Part shown: positions 12,053-25,557 of the stretch, piece by piece
Layout of the letters: the number at the start of each line of letters is the position of its first letter
Numbering within the stretch: position 1 is the first letter of the stretch
Source: Podospora anserina
Taxonomy: Eukaryota
Assembly: GCA_017654855.1 (NCBI GenBank)
Contig: CM030334.1
Location: 2,852,001 to 2,916,000, forward strand
DNA length: 64,000 bases
Direction: 5' to 3'
Notes under the pieces: generated by a model
What the model was told of the DNA's origin: nothing
Database searches by the model: none
What the model saw: only the letters and a program-made list of their open reading frames with translations
Position numbers and translations under genes: made by a program

Positions 12053-13023
12053 ATGAGTAACTTCTTGACGACAGTGTGAGTTGACCTCCGGCCGTTACCC
12101 CTAGAGCCCCGACCAAAATCCACGATGCGCCCCTCTTTGCCCATTTTGAAAGAACCCCGAAGACGCTTCACCGACTCGACGTGGGGCGCCTAGCTCAATC
12201 CCAGCGAGACGCACGCGACCATTGCAACTACGAGTTGAAGATATCTTGGCTAACTTGGGCACACTGAAGTAACCAACGGACGAGGAATCAGTTCAGGCCT
12301 CGCGCTGGCGGCAAAGGCGGTGCCACCAGCTACCAACTTCGTCAATATGCCGAGGCGACCCTTGGCGGGGGGAGTCTTCGCAAGGTGGTGAAGCTTCCTG
12401 AGGGCGAGGATGAGAATGAGTGGTTGGCCGTCAACAGTATGCCCTCTCATTCCTAAAATTACCACCGAAAATAATAGGCCAACTGACTCGTGATGGATAG
12501 TGGTCGATTTCTACAATCAGATCAACCTGCTATATGGTGCCATCACCGAGTTCTGCTCTCCTCAGTCATGTCCCGAGATGAAGGCCACGGATGAGTTTGA
12601 GTACTTGTGGCAAGACTCGGAGAACTACAAGCGACCAACGAAGATGCCAGCGCCGGCCTACATTGAGCAGCTCATGACTTGGGTTCAGAGCAATATTGAC
12701 AATGAGTCTGTGCTTCCCAGCCGTATCGGTACGTTGCCCGTCTCTACAGACTAAAGATGACCCCCTTAACACAAGAAATAGGCGTTCCATTCCCCAAGTC
12801 TTTCCCAGCTCTTGTGCGCCAAATCTTCAAGCGCATGTACCGTGTCTACGCGCACATCTACTGCCACCATTACCCAGTCATCCGAGAGCTCGGCCTGGAA
12901 CCCCACCTGAACACCAGCTTCAAGCAGTACGTCCTCTTCATTGATGAGCACAACTTGGCCAGCGGGAAGGACTTTTGGGGTCCTTTGGGGGATCTGGTGG
13001 ACAGCATGTTGCGTAGTGACTAG
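12053..13023 (+). CDS. MOB1: MOB kinase activator Mob1 (septation initiation/mitotic exit network)
   Basis: Four exons: [18 protein letters not shown]...[43 protein letters not shown]...CPEMKA...YLWQD.../PFPKSF...[16 protein letters not shown]...HLNTSFKQY. Confidence 0.95.
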
Positions 13024-13491
13024 TCGTGGAAGATTGGGATGCTGGGTTTAAGGATAATGCATTGCTGGCTTGTTGCATGTGGCGTTTGGGTACAGATGGA
13101 TGGATGGATGGATGGGAGCTTGGAGCTTGGAGCTTTGGGTTTCAGGGTATGGATGTCTGTCTCTCTGTAATAGGATTCCTGTAATATGGCATTCGGGTAA
13201 TGCATGTATGCGAATCAATGATAAGTAATTGACTTGAATGATAAAATGTATAAAGACCAAGAAATCCAATCGGGCGCAGGGAGGTTACATAGGTGACGGT
13301 GGGTGGTTGGCCCGGTTCCACCCGGCAGCTTTGCTCTTGGCCCCATCACACCCGCCCGCCAGTAGCCCGAAGCTGGCTTTCTGCCTGAGGCACCCCTCTT
13401 TTGCCGAGCAGCCAAACCCCGTTTCTAAAAACTGAAGCTCAGGTTCACGACACTCGAGGTCCGCATCACCGCATCCAATCCCACAGTCACC

Positions 13492-14515
13492 ATGTTCTCG
13501 CGACAGGCAGTGCTCCGCGCCGCGCGGTCCGCCGCCCCCCAGCGCGCCATCCAGGCCCAAGCCCGCACCTACGCTGCCGCTGCCTCCAACGAGAAGGTCA
13601 AGGCTCCCGTCTCGCTCTTCGGCCTCGACGGCACCTATGCTACTGCTCTGGTACGCCCCTCCCTGACAAGTCTTTTCGGTGTCGGACATTTTCTGGGGTG
13701 TTTTTTTCGGAAGGGGGGGGAAGCAATTGAGTTGGACACTGGGGGGGAACACATCAATTGGAAATGGGACAACACCGGAGAACTACGAAAATGGAAAAGG
13801 GAAAATAATTGAGGAACAATCACTAACAAGCTGCGTCATTTTGGTTTTGGCGCCATAACAGTACACTGCCGCCGTCAAGACCTCCTCCCTCGAGCCCACC
13901 GCCAAAGGCGTGACTTCCCTCGCCAACCTCCTCGCGAAGGACCCCAAGCTCGTCGGCATCCTCGAGGCCCCTACCCTCTCCGCCGCCGACAAGTCGGCCA
14001 TTGTTTCCGAGCTCACGAAGAGCGCTGGCGTCTCTGGCGAGACTGTCAAGAACCTTTTGGCTGCTCTTGCTGAGAACAACCGCTTGGGCTTGCTGCCTGG
14101 TGTGTGCGCCAAGTTTGGCGAGCTGATGAGCGCTGCTCGTGGTGAGGTTGAGATGGTTGTTACCTCTGCTCAGGTGAGCCCCCCTCCCCACTGTTCACAA
14201 GGTAGGAAGGGGATGGTGAGGACTGACATGTGACATGACATAGCCCCTCGACAACAAGACCCTCAACCGCCTTGAGTCTGCCGTCTCCAAGTCCTCGTAT
14301 GTTGGTGAGGGCAAGAAGCTCAAGGTCAAGAACCAGGTATGTCCCCACCGCTTTACCCCTTGCTGTATATCACTCCACCATATACTAACACTCTACCTCA
14401 GGTCAACCCCGACATCATCGGCGGTCTCATCGTCGAGGTCGGCGAGAGAACAATCGACTTGTCCGTCTCCGCCAAGCTGGCCAAGATGAACAAGCTCCTT
14501 ACTGACACCTTGTAA
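13492..14515 (+). CDS. ATP5: Mitochondrial ATP synthase OSCP (subunit 5)
   Basis: Arg/Ala-rich presequence. APVSLFGLDGTYATAL/YTAA..., LAENNRLGLL, VTSAQ/PLD..., VNPDIIGGLIVEVGERTIDLSVSAKLAKMNKLL. Three introns. Confidence 0.95.
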
Positions 14516-14521
14516 ATTATT

Positions 14522-14551
14522 TACTACTACTACTACTACTACTACTACTAC
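14522..14551 (+). repeat. (TAC)10 microsatellite in the ATP5 3' UTR
   Basis: tactactac... directly after the ATP5 stop. Confidence 0.85.
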
Positions 14552-15359
14552 CTCTTTTTTAACAAGACCGTCATGAGCCGTTCAGCCCTTTGCTTTTTTT
14601 TGCTCCTTTGTATAGTGTGCAGAAAAGGGGATTGTGATGGGGATAGGGTACGAGAGTGGAAGGGGACCGGTCAAGTTTCGACACATCAAAGGCTCGCGGT
14701 CATTTGTCTGGATCTTTCGAGAGAAAGGAAGGACGTCCCCCTGTGTATATGAGCCGAAAATAGACGCATTGCTACAAGCTGGATATCTACCTGCTTGCCG
14801 TCTTGGTGATCCTCTTTGTGATCGACACTACAAGCCCTCCTTCTCGCCCGTCTGTAGCTTCGTCCATGCAGTCACGACCAGTTCAGCGACTATGCTCCCG
14901 CCCACCACCGCCGCCTTCAGGAAGTTGTAAGAATACAAAACCAAGAGTTCCCTCGGTATCTATCTCATTTCCTCCGAACCAGGTGGTCCCTGTGAATGTC
15001 CACCAAGATTGGGAGAACCACCGCTGCCTTTTCAACCATGGATTTCCATAACCACCCCCCTTTCCCCTTCCCCTTCTCTTCGAACCCCAGATTGACTGAC
15101 CATTTTTGTCATACATGACATGACACCTTACGTTTGGTAACTTTTTGCTCGTCCAAACATACAGCTTTACCCAATCTGAAGGCTAGGCTATACAAAGAAT
15201 GGAATGTGTGTTGCTTAATCACGACACAACTAACTCGCAAGCAAACACCAGGTCGAGACAAAAAGGCAAAACAGCTAGCTGGATTGAGCCAAAATTGAAG
15301 CAATCAGCAATTTGTCCCTCAGAAAGAGGATAGGTAACAAAAATCAAATCATAAGGTTA

Positions 15360-15430
15360 TGCATCAGCCGTGAATCGAACACGGGGCCCATCGATGGCAA
15401 CGATGGATTTTACCACTAAACCACTGATGC
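15360..15430 (-). tRNA. tRNA-Gly (anticodon GCC), intronless
   Basis: Reverse complement is GCATCAGTGGTTTAGTGGTAAAATCCATCGTTGCCATCGATGGGCCCCGTGTTCGATTCACGGCTGATGCA. Acceptor stem GCATCAG/CTGATGC, D-loop AGTGGTA, anticodon stem CATCG/CGATG around TTGCCAT, T-loop GTTCGAT. Confidence 0.96.
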
Positions 15431-15732
15431 TAGTATGAGTGATGAGAATTGGTGGCGGAATACGGGGTTATGTCAGGATACTACCCTCTCCTCCTTCATC
15501 TCCTTCACCCTGCATCACCTTCTCTCTCTCTTCCTACCCATCATAACCTATTTCACTTCTTCACTGGCGCAGATATCAAAATTTTCGACTTGAATAGTTT
15601 CCAAAAACAAAAAGCCAGCCCTCACATTCATCAACCTCTCTATCTATCAACTATTTTCTCTCCTTAAAAGCAAAATATCCTCCCCATCCCATTGCATAAC
15701 CTTATCCCATCCTGATTCCCCCCGCCAAACTT

Positions 15733-18700
15733 TTACTCATTGGCATGAGCCTCGAATTCATCACCCTGCGAGTACCCATCCGCCCCCCTCTCCAGCCTCA
15801 CCTTTTCCAGCTGCTGGTGAATATACGCATGCAAGTGCTTCTCATCCTCCTCTCTGCCCTTCAGTTTCTGGCTCAGAGTCAAACCGTTGGTTCCATTTTG
15901 ACCCATGCCTGGAGCGGCCATGGATCCCTTCCTGGCCGGGAATCCTCCGTCCGCCTCGTCGTCGTAGCCGTTGAGGTCATTCAGGTCGAAATCGCTGCGG
16001 GCGGCGATGGAACGGCTGGTCGAGGAACGACGGAGGCGAGGGGAGAGCATCGGTGTGCGGGGCGTTTGGGCACCGCCGAGGTGGCGATGGAGGATGTCGT
16101 CGAAGTAGTGCGCCATGCCGGCGGACGGGGTGCGAGGAGTTTGCGGGAGGCGGCAGTTGACACTACAAAAACGATTAGTACTCATGTCAAACCCAGGAAA
16201 CGAGAGGAGAGAAACATACCCAGTATCGTGAATCATCCTGGCAATCAAACCCGTCCAGCCACACTGATGCGTAGCTCCCAGACCCCGCCCAGAGTCTCCG
16301 TCAAAAAACTCATAGAACCAAAGGTAATCCCTCCAGTTGGGGTCGAAGTCCAGAGTATCATTGTTGCCGTTGATACTCCGACGCCCATCGTCATGGCGGG
16401 CAAACATGTGTTGCAGACGGTGCTGGATCTCCTCAGACACATGTCCCAAGTGCATGAAATCGCCCGAACCAGTTGGGCACTCCACCTGCAAGTCTTGTCC
16501 GAAGAAGAGATAGAACCTCTGCAGCGACTCCACGAGCAGGAAATTGACGCAGAGCCAGATAGGCCCTCTCCAGTTGCTGTTGCCACCGAAAAGGCCACTG
16601 TCCGAGTCACCGGGAACATAGCCGACCTTGAAGGTCTGACCGTTGACGTCCATGGAGTAAGGGTGCTCCTTATGATACTTGGAGAGCGACCGGATGCCGT
16701 AGGGACTGAAGAACTCGTCCTCGTCCAGCATGCGCTCGCAGATCTTGAGCAATCTTTCCTTGTTGACAAGGGACAGCAAAATCCTGTCACCTTTACCACG
16801 CTTGCGGATACTGTGCATGGTCCTTTCAGCCACGTCGCACCTGTTGTTCATGAACCACTCCACGCGCTTCTTGAAGGAGGGAAGTCTGTTGAGGAGCTCA
16901 GGCTCCAAGGTCAAGGTCGCATAAAGCGGAATCAAGCCAACAAGCGACCTCACGGGCAGCTGCTGAATCCAGGGGCCACCCCACGAGATGGCATCATAGT
17001 AGAAGCCGTCCTGCTCGTTCCACAGGGACTGCTCCTCCTTTTGGCCCATTCTCCAGGTCATGGCATCACTGATGAGGATGAAGTGCTCAAAGAACTTGCT
17101 GGCAATATCTTCGTAGATACGGCGGTGCTTGGCGAGCTCGAGGGCAATGTTGAGCATGTTCAGGCAGTAAAAGCCCATCCAACCAGTGCTGTCAGCCTGC
17201 TCAAGAGTACCGCCCGTAGGAAGGGGCTCAGAACGGTTGAACAAACCAATGTTGTCCAGCCCCAAGAAACCACCTTCGAAGACGTTCTTGCCCTCAACAT
17301 CCTTGCGGTTGACCCACCAGGTGAAGTTCAGCAACAGCTTCTGGAAGACTCTCTCGAGGAAGTCGAGATCCTGCCTCCCATACAGCTTGCGCTCGATCTT
17401 GAAGGTACGGAACGTAGCCCAAGCGTGAACAGGAGGGTTGACATCGCCAAAGTTCCACTCGTACCTGCAAATTATCAGTCGGGAACCACTTCACATACAC
17501 GCAAAATTCAAGACTTACGCAGGCAGCTGGCCGTTGGGATGGCAGTACCACTCGCGGGTAAACAGATCGAGCTGTTTCTTGGCGAACTCGGGGTCGATCA
17601 TGGCCAAGGTGATGCAGTGGAAACTTGTATCCCATGCAGCAAAGAAAGGATATTCCCAAGAATCGGGCATGGATAGAATATCGTCACAGTGAAGGTGCTT
17701 CCACGCAGAATTGCGTATGCCCTTGCGAGACTCGGGTGGGGGAGGCTGGCTGGGGTCACCGTTGGCCCATTCCTCCCAGATGAAGAGGTAATGCTGCTTG
17801 CACCACATCATGCCGGCAAAAGCCTGGCGCTGAATATTGCGAAGATCATCGGCCATGGGCAGAGGGCTAATGTGGTAGTAAAAGTCATCGGCCTCTTCTC
17901 TCCTCTTCTCGATCAGGTCATCAAACTCCTCTTCATCGAGGTAGGTCTCAGGCTTCCTGGAGAACCGGAAACGGACAACTTTAAGATGGTCAGTCAATCT
18001 TCTTGAGGAAAAGATAGGAAGAGGTAAACATACCGGCGCACTCTCCAGGGCCCACACCGCCGCCTTCGTTGAAAGAGTACCATGCGGCAGCCTTGGTTCC
18101 CGTCTGGGCCGGGTTGATAGCACCCTTCTCGCCATCGACGATGTACCTATGGAAAGCGTCCTTGACATATGGCTGCTCATTTTTGCCCTTGTAAAGCAGC
18201 TCATAGTTGGTATCGTTCTCAGTGAACATGAACTCGGGGTGCACATCATCCCCGCTGGGTCCTACGCCGGGCGAGGGTGAGAGAAGGACATAGCGGTCTC
18301 CGAGTTTGTGATGCTTGGACTTGAGAAGATTCTCATCAGCAACCCCGATAGCTGGCTTGTTCTCAGGCGATTCGCGACCCCAAGCCCACGTGTTACGGAA
18401 CCACACATGAGGGACAATGTGCAGCGGAGCAGGATCTGGGCCTCTGTTCCACGCAGTCACACGGAAGAGGAGCTCATCCGGATCGTCATCCTCCTTGGCG
18501 GTCTCGATGAAGATATCCCAGTACCGGTCCTCGTCAAAGATGCCCGTGTCGAGGATCTGGTACTCCTTGTCCTCCTTGCCTCGCTTGGCATTCTCCTTGA
18601 GCAAGTCCTCGTATGGGAAGGCCTTCTGAGGGTACTTGTAGAGATATTTCATGTACGAGTGCTGCAGTCATGCGTAAGTCAAGCGTTAAACTTCGGCTGT

Positions 18701-19319
18701 TCCATCGTCTGCATGAAGGGTCTTACCGTCTGCAGGAACATGTGGTTAGCGCAAGCCGATTTAGGGTTTCTGGGGTGCAGGTGTGTCAATGGCACTTACA
18801 GGAGTGTTATCCAGATGGAAATGGGCTTCCTTGATACTTTCGCCATGGTTGCCCTGAGGGTTAGACAAGCCAAAGAGACGCTCCTTCAAAAAGGGGTCCT
18901 GCCCGTTCCAGAAAGCAAAGGCGATGTTCTGGTAGCCGTGGGTGTCGCAGACACCGGCAATGCCATCCTCACCCCATCGGTAGGCGCGGGATCTCGAATG
19001 CTCGTGGGGGAAATCTGCCGATCGGTTATTATGTGAGTATCCCGCACTACGAGAAGGAGGGGTAGCACCGTAACATGACACACGAGGGATCACTCACGGC
19101 TCCAAGCATCACCATCGGCACTGTAGTCCTCGCGCACTGCAGTTCAGTGTTAGATGAGGCATTCATGACCAATATCAATCAGTGCAGCAACTTGCCAGTA
19201 GCCCACTGTCTTTCGGCGACATAGGAACCCCACTTCTTCCAGTACTTTTGGCGCTTGCGATCCTCGTTGAGCCTCGATTCCTCGGCCGTCTGGAGCTCGT
19301 GGCCGTCGAAGACAACCAT
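15733..19319 (-). CDS. GH63/MGH1-like (YMR196W-like) six-hairpin glycoside hydrolase
   Basis: Multi-exon: [142 protein letters not shown]. Includes a GC-AG intron and a 3-nt exon. Confidence 0.85.
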
Positions 19320-20709
19320 TGTGTGTGATGCTGGGAGGCGAAGTGGCGGTAAAGAGTGAAGATGACCTCTGTGTCACCAGAAATGATAGCGGGATGACTG
19401 GACACACCACCAAAGCTGAGCGGTGGAGATACTAGTGAACGTGAGTATGGAGTACCTCGACGGTGCTCACTATCGAGTAGGTAGGGAGAGAAACGAATCA
19501 GGTGCAGGTCGACGACACACAGCAGATTCAGGACACACACACAGAATGGACGGATAGATGGACAGACAGATGGATGGACGAAGACGGCAATGATGGTCCT
19601 GAAAGGGGGGGGTAAGGTAAAATTCAACCAGGTGTGTGGCAGTGTGGCAGTGGTGGGGGTGGAAGCATGTGTTGGTAGGAGCCCAAGTGCCAAGGCCATC
19701 TGTGCCTGTGACGTCAAAGATAATTGCGGCACCCGCCCACTGTGCCTCCCACTGCCAGGGGGTTGGTTGACAATGGTCGAGACCGCCAGAGCCTCTGCCG
19801 CATGGCGCTGCTTGGCGAGATCTCGAGATCCACCCGTTCTCAACGGGCTGGGCATCAACAGAATGGCATCTTATCGGCGCTGGATTCCGTGAAGCCGCGG
19901 GATGGATAACAGCTTGCCATCCCCTCCCGCCTCCGCTTCCTCACGAGATTGTTGATGGCAAGGCGAGATAGGCTGAACAACAAACAAACAAACTGATATC
20001 AGATCGAAACCGAGGCCATCCCAGACGCCTTGCTTCTCTCCTCCACTGTTGGATATTTTAAGCGCGGAATCCTTGTCCCATCGCCCAACCAACCGATCCC
20101 GGCTCCGGCACCACGCCGTACACCAACCCCCCCCGAGCTGCGGTCCGAACCAGCATGTAGCTTGCTGCTTGACAGCTTGGTAGCTTGGAGCTCGTTTCCA
20201 GCTTGTGTCAGTATCACACAATCTCCATTGCCGTTGCGGGAAGATTCGTGCCCGATTGGGTCCAAGGTTACCTTTGGTTCCCGAGCGGTCAATTTTGATG
20301 TCAACAGAATGAGTTGGCCATGTAGGAAGATGGAGATGATACTACCTTGGTGTAGTAGGTAGGCCCAACTTTTTTTTCATGGCAATGTGAGAGAAGAGAT
20401 TTCCTAGTGGCAAGGCGCAAACATCGGTTTCAAATCCAATCGGGGAAAGACCGTTGGATTTCTCGCTTCCAGGTAAGGCAGGAACTATCTGGGTGGCCAC
20501 TGACAACAGAAGAGATGGCAACTTCCTCATCTTCCCACAATCATCACGTAATGGAAAAAGCGTTCGGTATAGGTTCATTATACTTACTGCTGATTACCAG
20601 CCCTAAACACACAAGAGAAAAAAAAAACTCTTTTCCCAACTCCAATCATCAAACATGGACTCGTCACATCAGCTTCACCAGGACATGTAGCACTCCATTA
20701 TCTCCTTGC

Positions 20710-23700
20710 CTAGACCTCAGTCTCGACATCAGGTTTCCTTCCACTCAAGCTTCCCATCTTTGTCACCCTCCTGGCAGCAAAAAGTGCCTCGTTCTTGGCG
20801 AACTGGACGTTACGCATGGGCTTCCCTATCCGACATGTCAGTAGCTGAAAACATAAGGTACCTATCTATCCAATGGTGCAAATGACTTACATTGCATCAG
20901 ACCCCGATGCTGACGGTGCAGATCCCGCTTGCGCTCCTTGTAGTCCTTGTACTGCTTAATGGGATTCTTGCTGCTCGAGGATCTGGCCGTATTCTTGCTG
21001 TCCATCGACGCTCGACTGTCACCCGTCTCACGGCTATCAGTCCTCAACGTGTAATTCTCCGAGCTCTCGCCGCTGCTTCGCTCAACGTCATCCTCGTGCG
21101 TGGCATCGTTGATACCCAAGTCAACATCCTCATCGTCTGTCGAATGACTGCTCTCGTAGTCAGTTGTACTCAGGTCCTCAGATTTCTGCCTGCTCCGCCG
21201 AGCAGCCATCAGCGCCGCCGGATCATCCCCAAAGGTACCGCTCCAGTCAGTCCCGTCCTTGGCCAACCACTTCCTCTTCTCTTCCTGAGATGCATTGCGC
21301 AAGACATCTCGCTCCCGTAACAAGCTTTCGTCGTGGAGCCTCTGCACCAGCGGAGGCACCTCGGCAGCGACATGCTCGCCCCTCACTCCCTCGGCGTAGC
21401 AAGCCTCCCAGGTTTCAATAGTTTCCCGAGAGCTGTTATCGCTCACGAAGCGAAGGTGGTCCTGGTCCGTCCCCGGCTTGAACCGGCCCCTGAATCTCAG
21501 TCTGCCAATCTCCTCCACTTTGAGGCACGGTAGAGAGGAGCAGTTCTCCTCGGTAATGTAGTTTTGCGAGAGCCTCAGGCCGTTGTTGCACCTCCAGATG
21601 GGGATGTTGAAGTCCTTCTCCTCCGAGTCTGGCACGTCACAAAGCCAAAAGGCAGCAAACGTATCCGTCTTTCTCCGCTTGCCGCTTGGGTGAAATTCAA
21701 AAAACACCGGGCTGCGGTATCTGAACCGAACCGGCAATCTAACCTTCTGGGCTTTGCCTTCACCGGAAATATCCCATTCGATGCCGTTTCCTTCCTGGGT
21801 GCCATGGCAGAACGAGCCCTTGATGGAAGCAGAGCTGCCGCCAGTTCTCAGCTTCAGCTTGGTGTTCTCTCCAGGGTTGTAGTTCACAGTGGAGATCCTG
21901 TCAGACAAGAACTCAAAGGTGCCTACATCCCCGAAACTAAGCTCGTTGCGTGGAAGTCTGAGCTCAACACTCCTGAACAGCAGGCTGATTCTGATTCTGC
22001 CGAACCCAATGCCACCATCGAGAGGGTACCACCGTGTGCTCTGGCTGCTGGTCTGCAGCACATCTGAAAGCTTGAGAGGAACGACACCGATGATTGGGTC
22101 GTGTTGCCGGTTTCTGGAGTCGCGGACAGTGACAGTGACGATGGCAGACCTCCAATCTCTCACAAAGCGCTCGGTACCAGCTTCGAAGATAGGCTTGGAT
22201 GACACCACCTTGGTGCGGGTCTTGTACACCAGCTCGTCGTTGAGCAAGATGGTGCAGTATGAGCTCGGCAGCTTCTTTCCTTCCTCTTCCTTGATCTCTC
22301 CGGCATCCCGGGCGGGTTCATACTCCCTGCCCTTTCTCTTGCCGTTCGAGCCCTTGACATCTTCGAGCTCCAGACTCACAATTTGGTGAACAACGATAGA
22401 CAAGATACCAGAAGGCCAGAGCGGGTCAGGAGGGGTGTGGACAACCGCATCTTCCTCCGCAGTTTCCAGAGCGCCCTTGTCGTCCTGCAGATCCTTGTGG
22501 TCCTGCAGAGCCTTGGGCAATCTGGGGTCCTTGCCGTCCGTTCGGAGCGCAGACCTGAACTTGGTCTTGTCAAAGTAACCGACTTCCCAGTATAGCTCAC
22601 CAGGCATACTGCTCTCCGCCTTGACACCCCTAAGCTTGGAGACTTGCGAGAACATCCTGCCCGGGTGTTGAATGAGCTCCTGGATCGAGAGTTCCACCTT
22701 GCCGACGACATCATCAGCCGAACCCCTGTCTGAATCCCAGAGCTCCAGGCTAAGTTGCTCGTCCGCCTTGATGATGTCGGGGGTGACCAAGAGAGCGCAG
22801 GACTCGTTGAAGATGGGGTTCAGATCATCCTGGATGACCCTAGTGCAATACTGGGGCTTCCCAAACTTGGAGAAGGAAACACAGATGTACGGATCCGACC
22901 CCCCACCCTCGGAGCCCCGCCTGTCCTGCTTTGACAACCCGATGGCCTTGTGAATCTTGATGTACAAGACTCCCAGGGCATTTGTCTCCTTTTTGATGGC
23001 ATCACCCTGAAGCATCTTGCCAATGTCCAGTGTCATTGACTTGGGAGCGACGTACATATTGGCCGCAGTGGCGATGGCCCAGTTGACAAAGTTGGAGATG
23101 AGGGGCAGGTTGAGGATGTTGGCCCCCTTTTCGATCAGGGGAACACAGCTCGCCTCGACCTTGGGCAAGCCCATCAAAGTAAAGCTTAGGGTCTTGATGA
23201 AGGGCGGGTTAGGAGCCAGCGCAATTCTCAAACGAACGGTGGCGACCAGTCTGTTCAGTTCGACCCAGATGGGGAAGGGAACACCAAAGAGGCCCTTGAT
23301 ACCGAGGTAAAAGATCAGCTGCATGCCCATGTTCTTGGCCGCTTTGCTCGACACATCACCGCTAGATGGCAAAGAGTGGTATGCAACAGTCGCTTCGAGG
23401 TTGTAAAAGTCACCTCCTTGCTCATCGGCCGCCATCTCTTGAGGATCCTTGGTCTTTTCATCTTGCTTCCGGATATCCTCCTTGAGGTCCTCTACGTGCG
23501 AGTCGGGAAGTGCTCGCAGACTAAGGATGCGTAACGGGTTGCTGCCCTGGGAGATGTCATTGACCTTGACGTTTTCAATAACACCGGGAACGGAGGCCTG
23601 CATGACATCTTCCAGAGTATCAGCCACCGCGGCGAACATCTCGGGATTCACCAGGCCCCAGATCAGCCCCATGGCGGTATTCAACCACTCAACACTCTCC

Positions 23701-24516
23701 GGAATGAGGTTCACAACGGCGGTCTCTCCCCTCTTCTTCTCCGCCGCCCACTCGTTGGCACGCCCTTGCTTGATGAGGTCCTTGGCCCAAAGGAAAATGC
23801 CCGAGCTGATGACGGCCGCCAACGGGATCAGACCCCAAAGCGAGCCACCAAACATTCTGCCAATGAGCACGATGCCGAAGAAGACGGCGGCACAGAGGAC
23901 ATTGGCGCGGGCTTCGATGCTCTCAAACATGCCCTCGAAGCTGATGCTCGGGGTCGGGTGGAAGAGCACGTTGGTCGCCTCACCGTGGATGGGCACGTCC
24001 GAGGTGGCGCCCTTGTGGACGGGGTCCGGGGGGGCGGTTTCATCTTGGGCTTTTCGGTATTCCTCGCCGGACTGGTCCGGTGATGTGGCCAAGGTTGTGG
24101 GTTTGTTCAGATTCGCGTTGGGGACGGTTAACTAGCGGATTTTGTGTGTCAGCACGGCCTCCATCTGTGTACCACCATGATGAAAAAGGGGAACTAACCT
24201 TGGGCTCGGCAGCGTTCTTGACATGGTCGGAGGTGATGTCTACTACTTCGACTTCGTTTCCCGTTACGGGGTCGGTCACGGTACGCCTGTTTTTGCCGGC
24301 GCTGTGGGTGGGTACGTGATCTTGAACGTCGCCGCCGTTGGCTTGGGGCTGAACGGGTCCGTGGTGGAGGCGGTGCTCGCGCTCTTCAACCTTTTTGTCT
24401 CGGTTCTTCTTGTCTCTGTCGAGGCTTTCGGCGAACTGCTTGATGTTTGGGATACGGTTGGAGCCGGAGTAGTGCTGGCCCGTTACCGGGTATTGGTGGG
24501 CTTGGTAGTTGCTCAT
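20710..24516 (-). CDS. Mug190/tricalbin-like SMP + C2-domain membrane-contact-site protein
   Basis: Three exons. TM hairpin (VLCAAVFFGIVLIG...LIPLAAVISSGIFLW), PESVEWLN (SMP start), C2 motifs GGSDPYICVSF and LELWDSDRGSADDVVG, C-terminal GLMQWKPMRN...KPDVETEV. Confidence 0.82.
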
Positions 24517-25557
24517 TGTTGCTGGTTATTCATGAATGAATCGTCTTATCATTGAACTTGACGACGACCAGTGATCCTAGAGAGGGTGCAGGTTGTACCC
24601 TTGGAGAAAGGCAACGGCAGCAGCTGTAGATGGGAGTAACCTACTGCATGAAACGTTGAAGGGTGGGTGGGAGGGGAAGTGGAAAGGTAGGTAAGGAGGA
24701 CAGCTAGGTAGGTAGGTAGTAAATTGCTATGTAATGTATATGGGCGTTCAGCCTCAACGAGAGAGAGAGAGAGAGGGACTATTATATCATAGGCAGCTCC
24801 CCCTCCCGGCCGCATCAGTTCAAGTTTCTCAGGCGAGTACGAGAGTTTTAGATGACAACAAAGCTTCGGGAAGGGGGGAAGCTCCTCCTCCTTTATTACG
24901 TAGCACGAGAAATATGTGACAGCCCTACACCACCGGAAAGAGCTTTGAAACAAGACAATCAGTGAACAGGCAAGGATGAGAGGTAGGTATCCTGGTTGGT
25001 GGATCATGGAGGGAAAGGAGATGAATGGATGGGTTTTAGGGGGGGATGGAGATGTATGACGTCTGTGGTTGTGGTTGGTTTGGGTTGGGTGATGTCATGG
25101 GGCCCCACTTTTAACGTGTGTGTATGTAAGTGGGAGCAAAGGCTCATGGTACAGAACACGCAGCTTGGGAAGTTGTGGGGAATGGAAAAAGATGGGACGG
25201 GGATCTGTGTTACCGATCTTTTGGGAGGGGGGAAGGGTGGTGGGATCTGATCGGAGGGGGTGTCAACCGAGATCACGATATACTGAGGGGGTGTTTGAGG
25301 ATCATTTCGACGTGTGTTTTCAGGATAACTCAAATCGAGAGAGAACAGTGTGGTATTGATGCAAATTTGTAGTTCATTTTAGATTTCCTCTCCTCTCGGG
25401 AGATTTTGTAACACATGATTATTTGGTATCCAATCACCATCATATCCATCATGTTCACGTCCATCATATACATATTCCCAGCCCTTCCCAATCCAATCCA
25501 TCTCTTCCCAATCCTGATGCCAGAAAACCCCCCCCCCAAAAAAAATCAACCTCTCAC

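Noticed and set aside
15745-17676. 643-aa plus-strand ORF
   Set aside because: Antisense shadow of the GH63-like gene caused by codon bias; no recognisable motifs.
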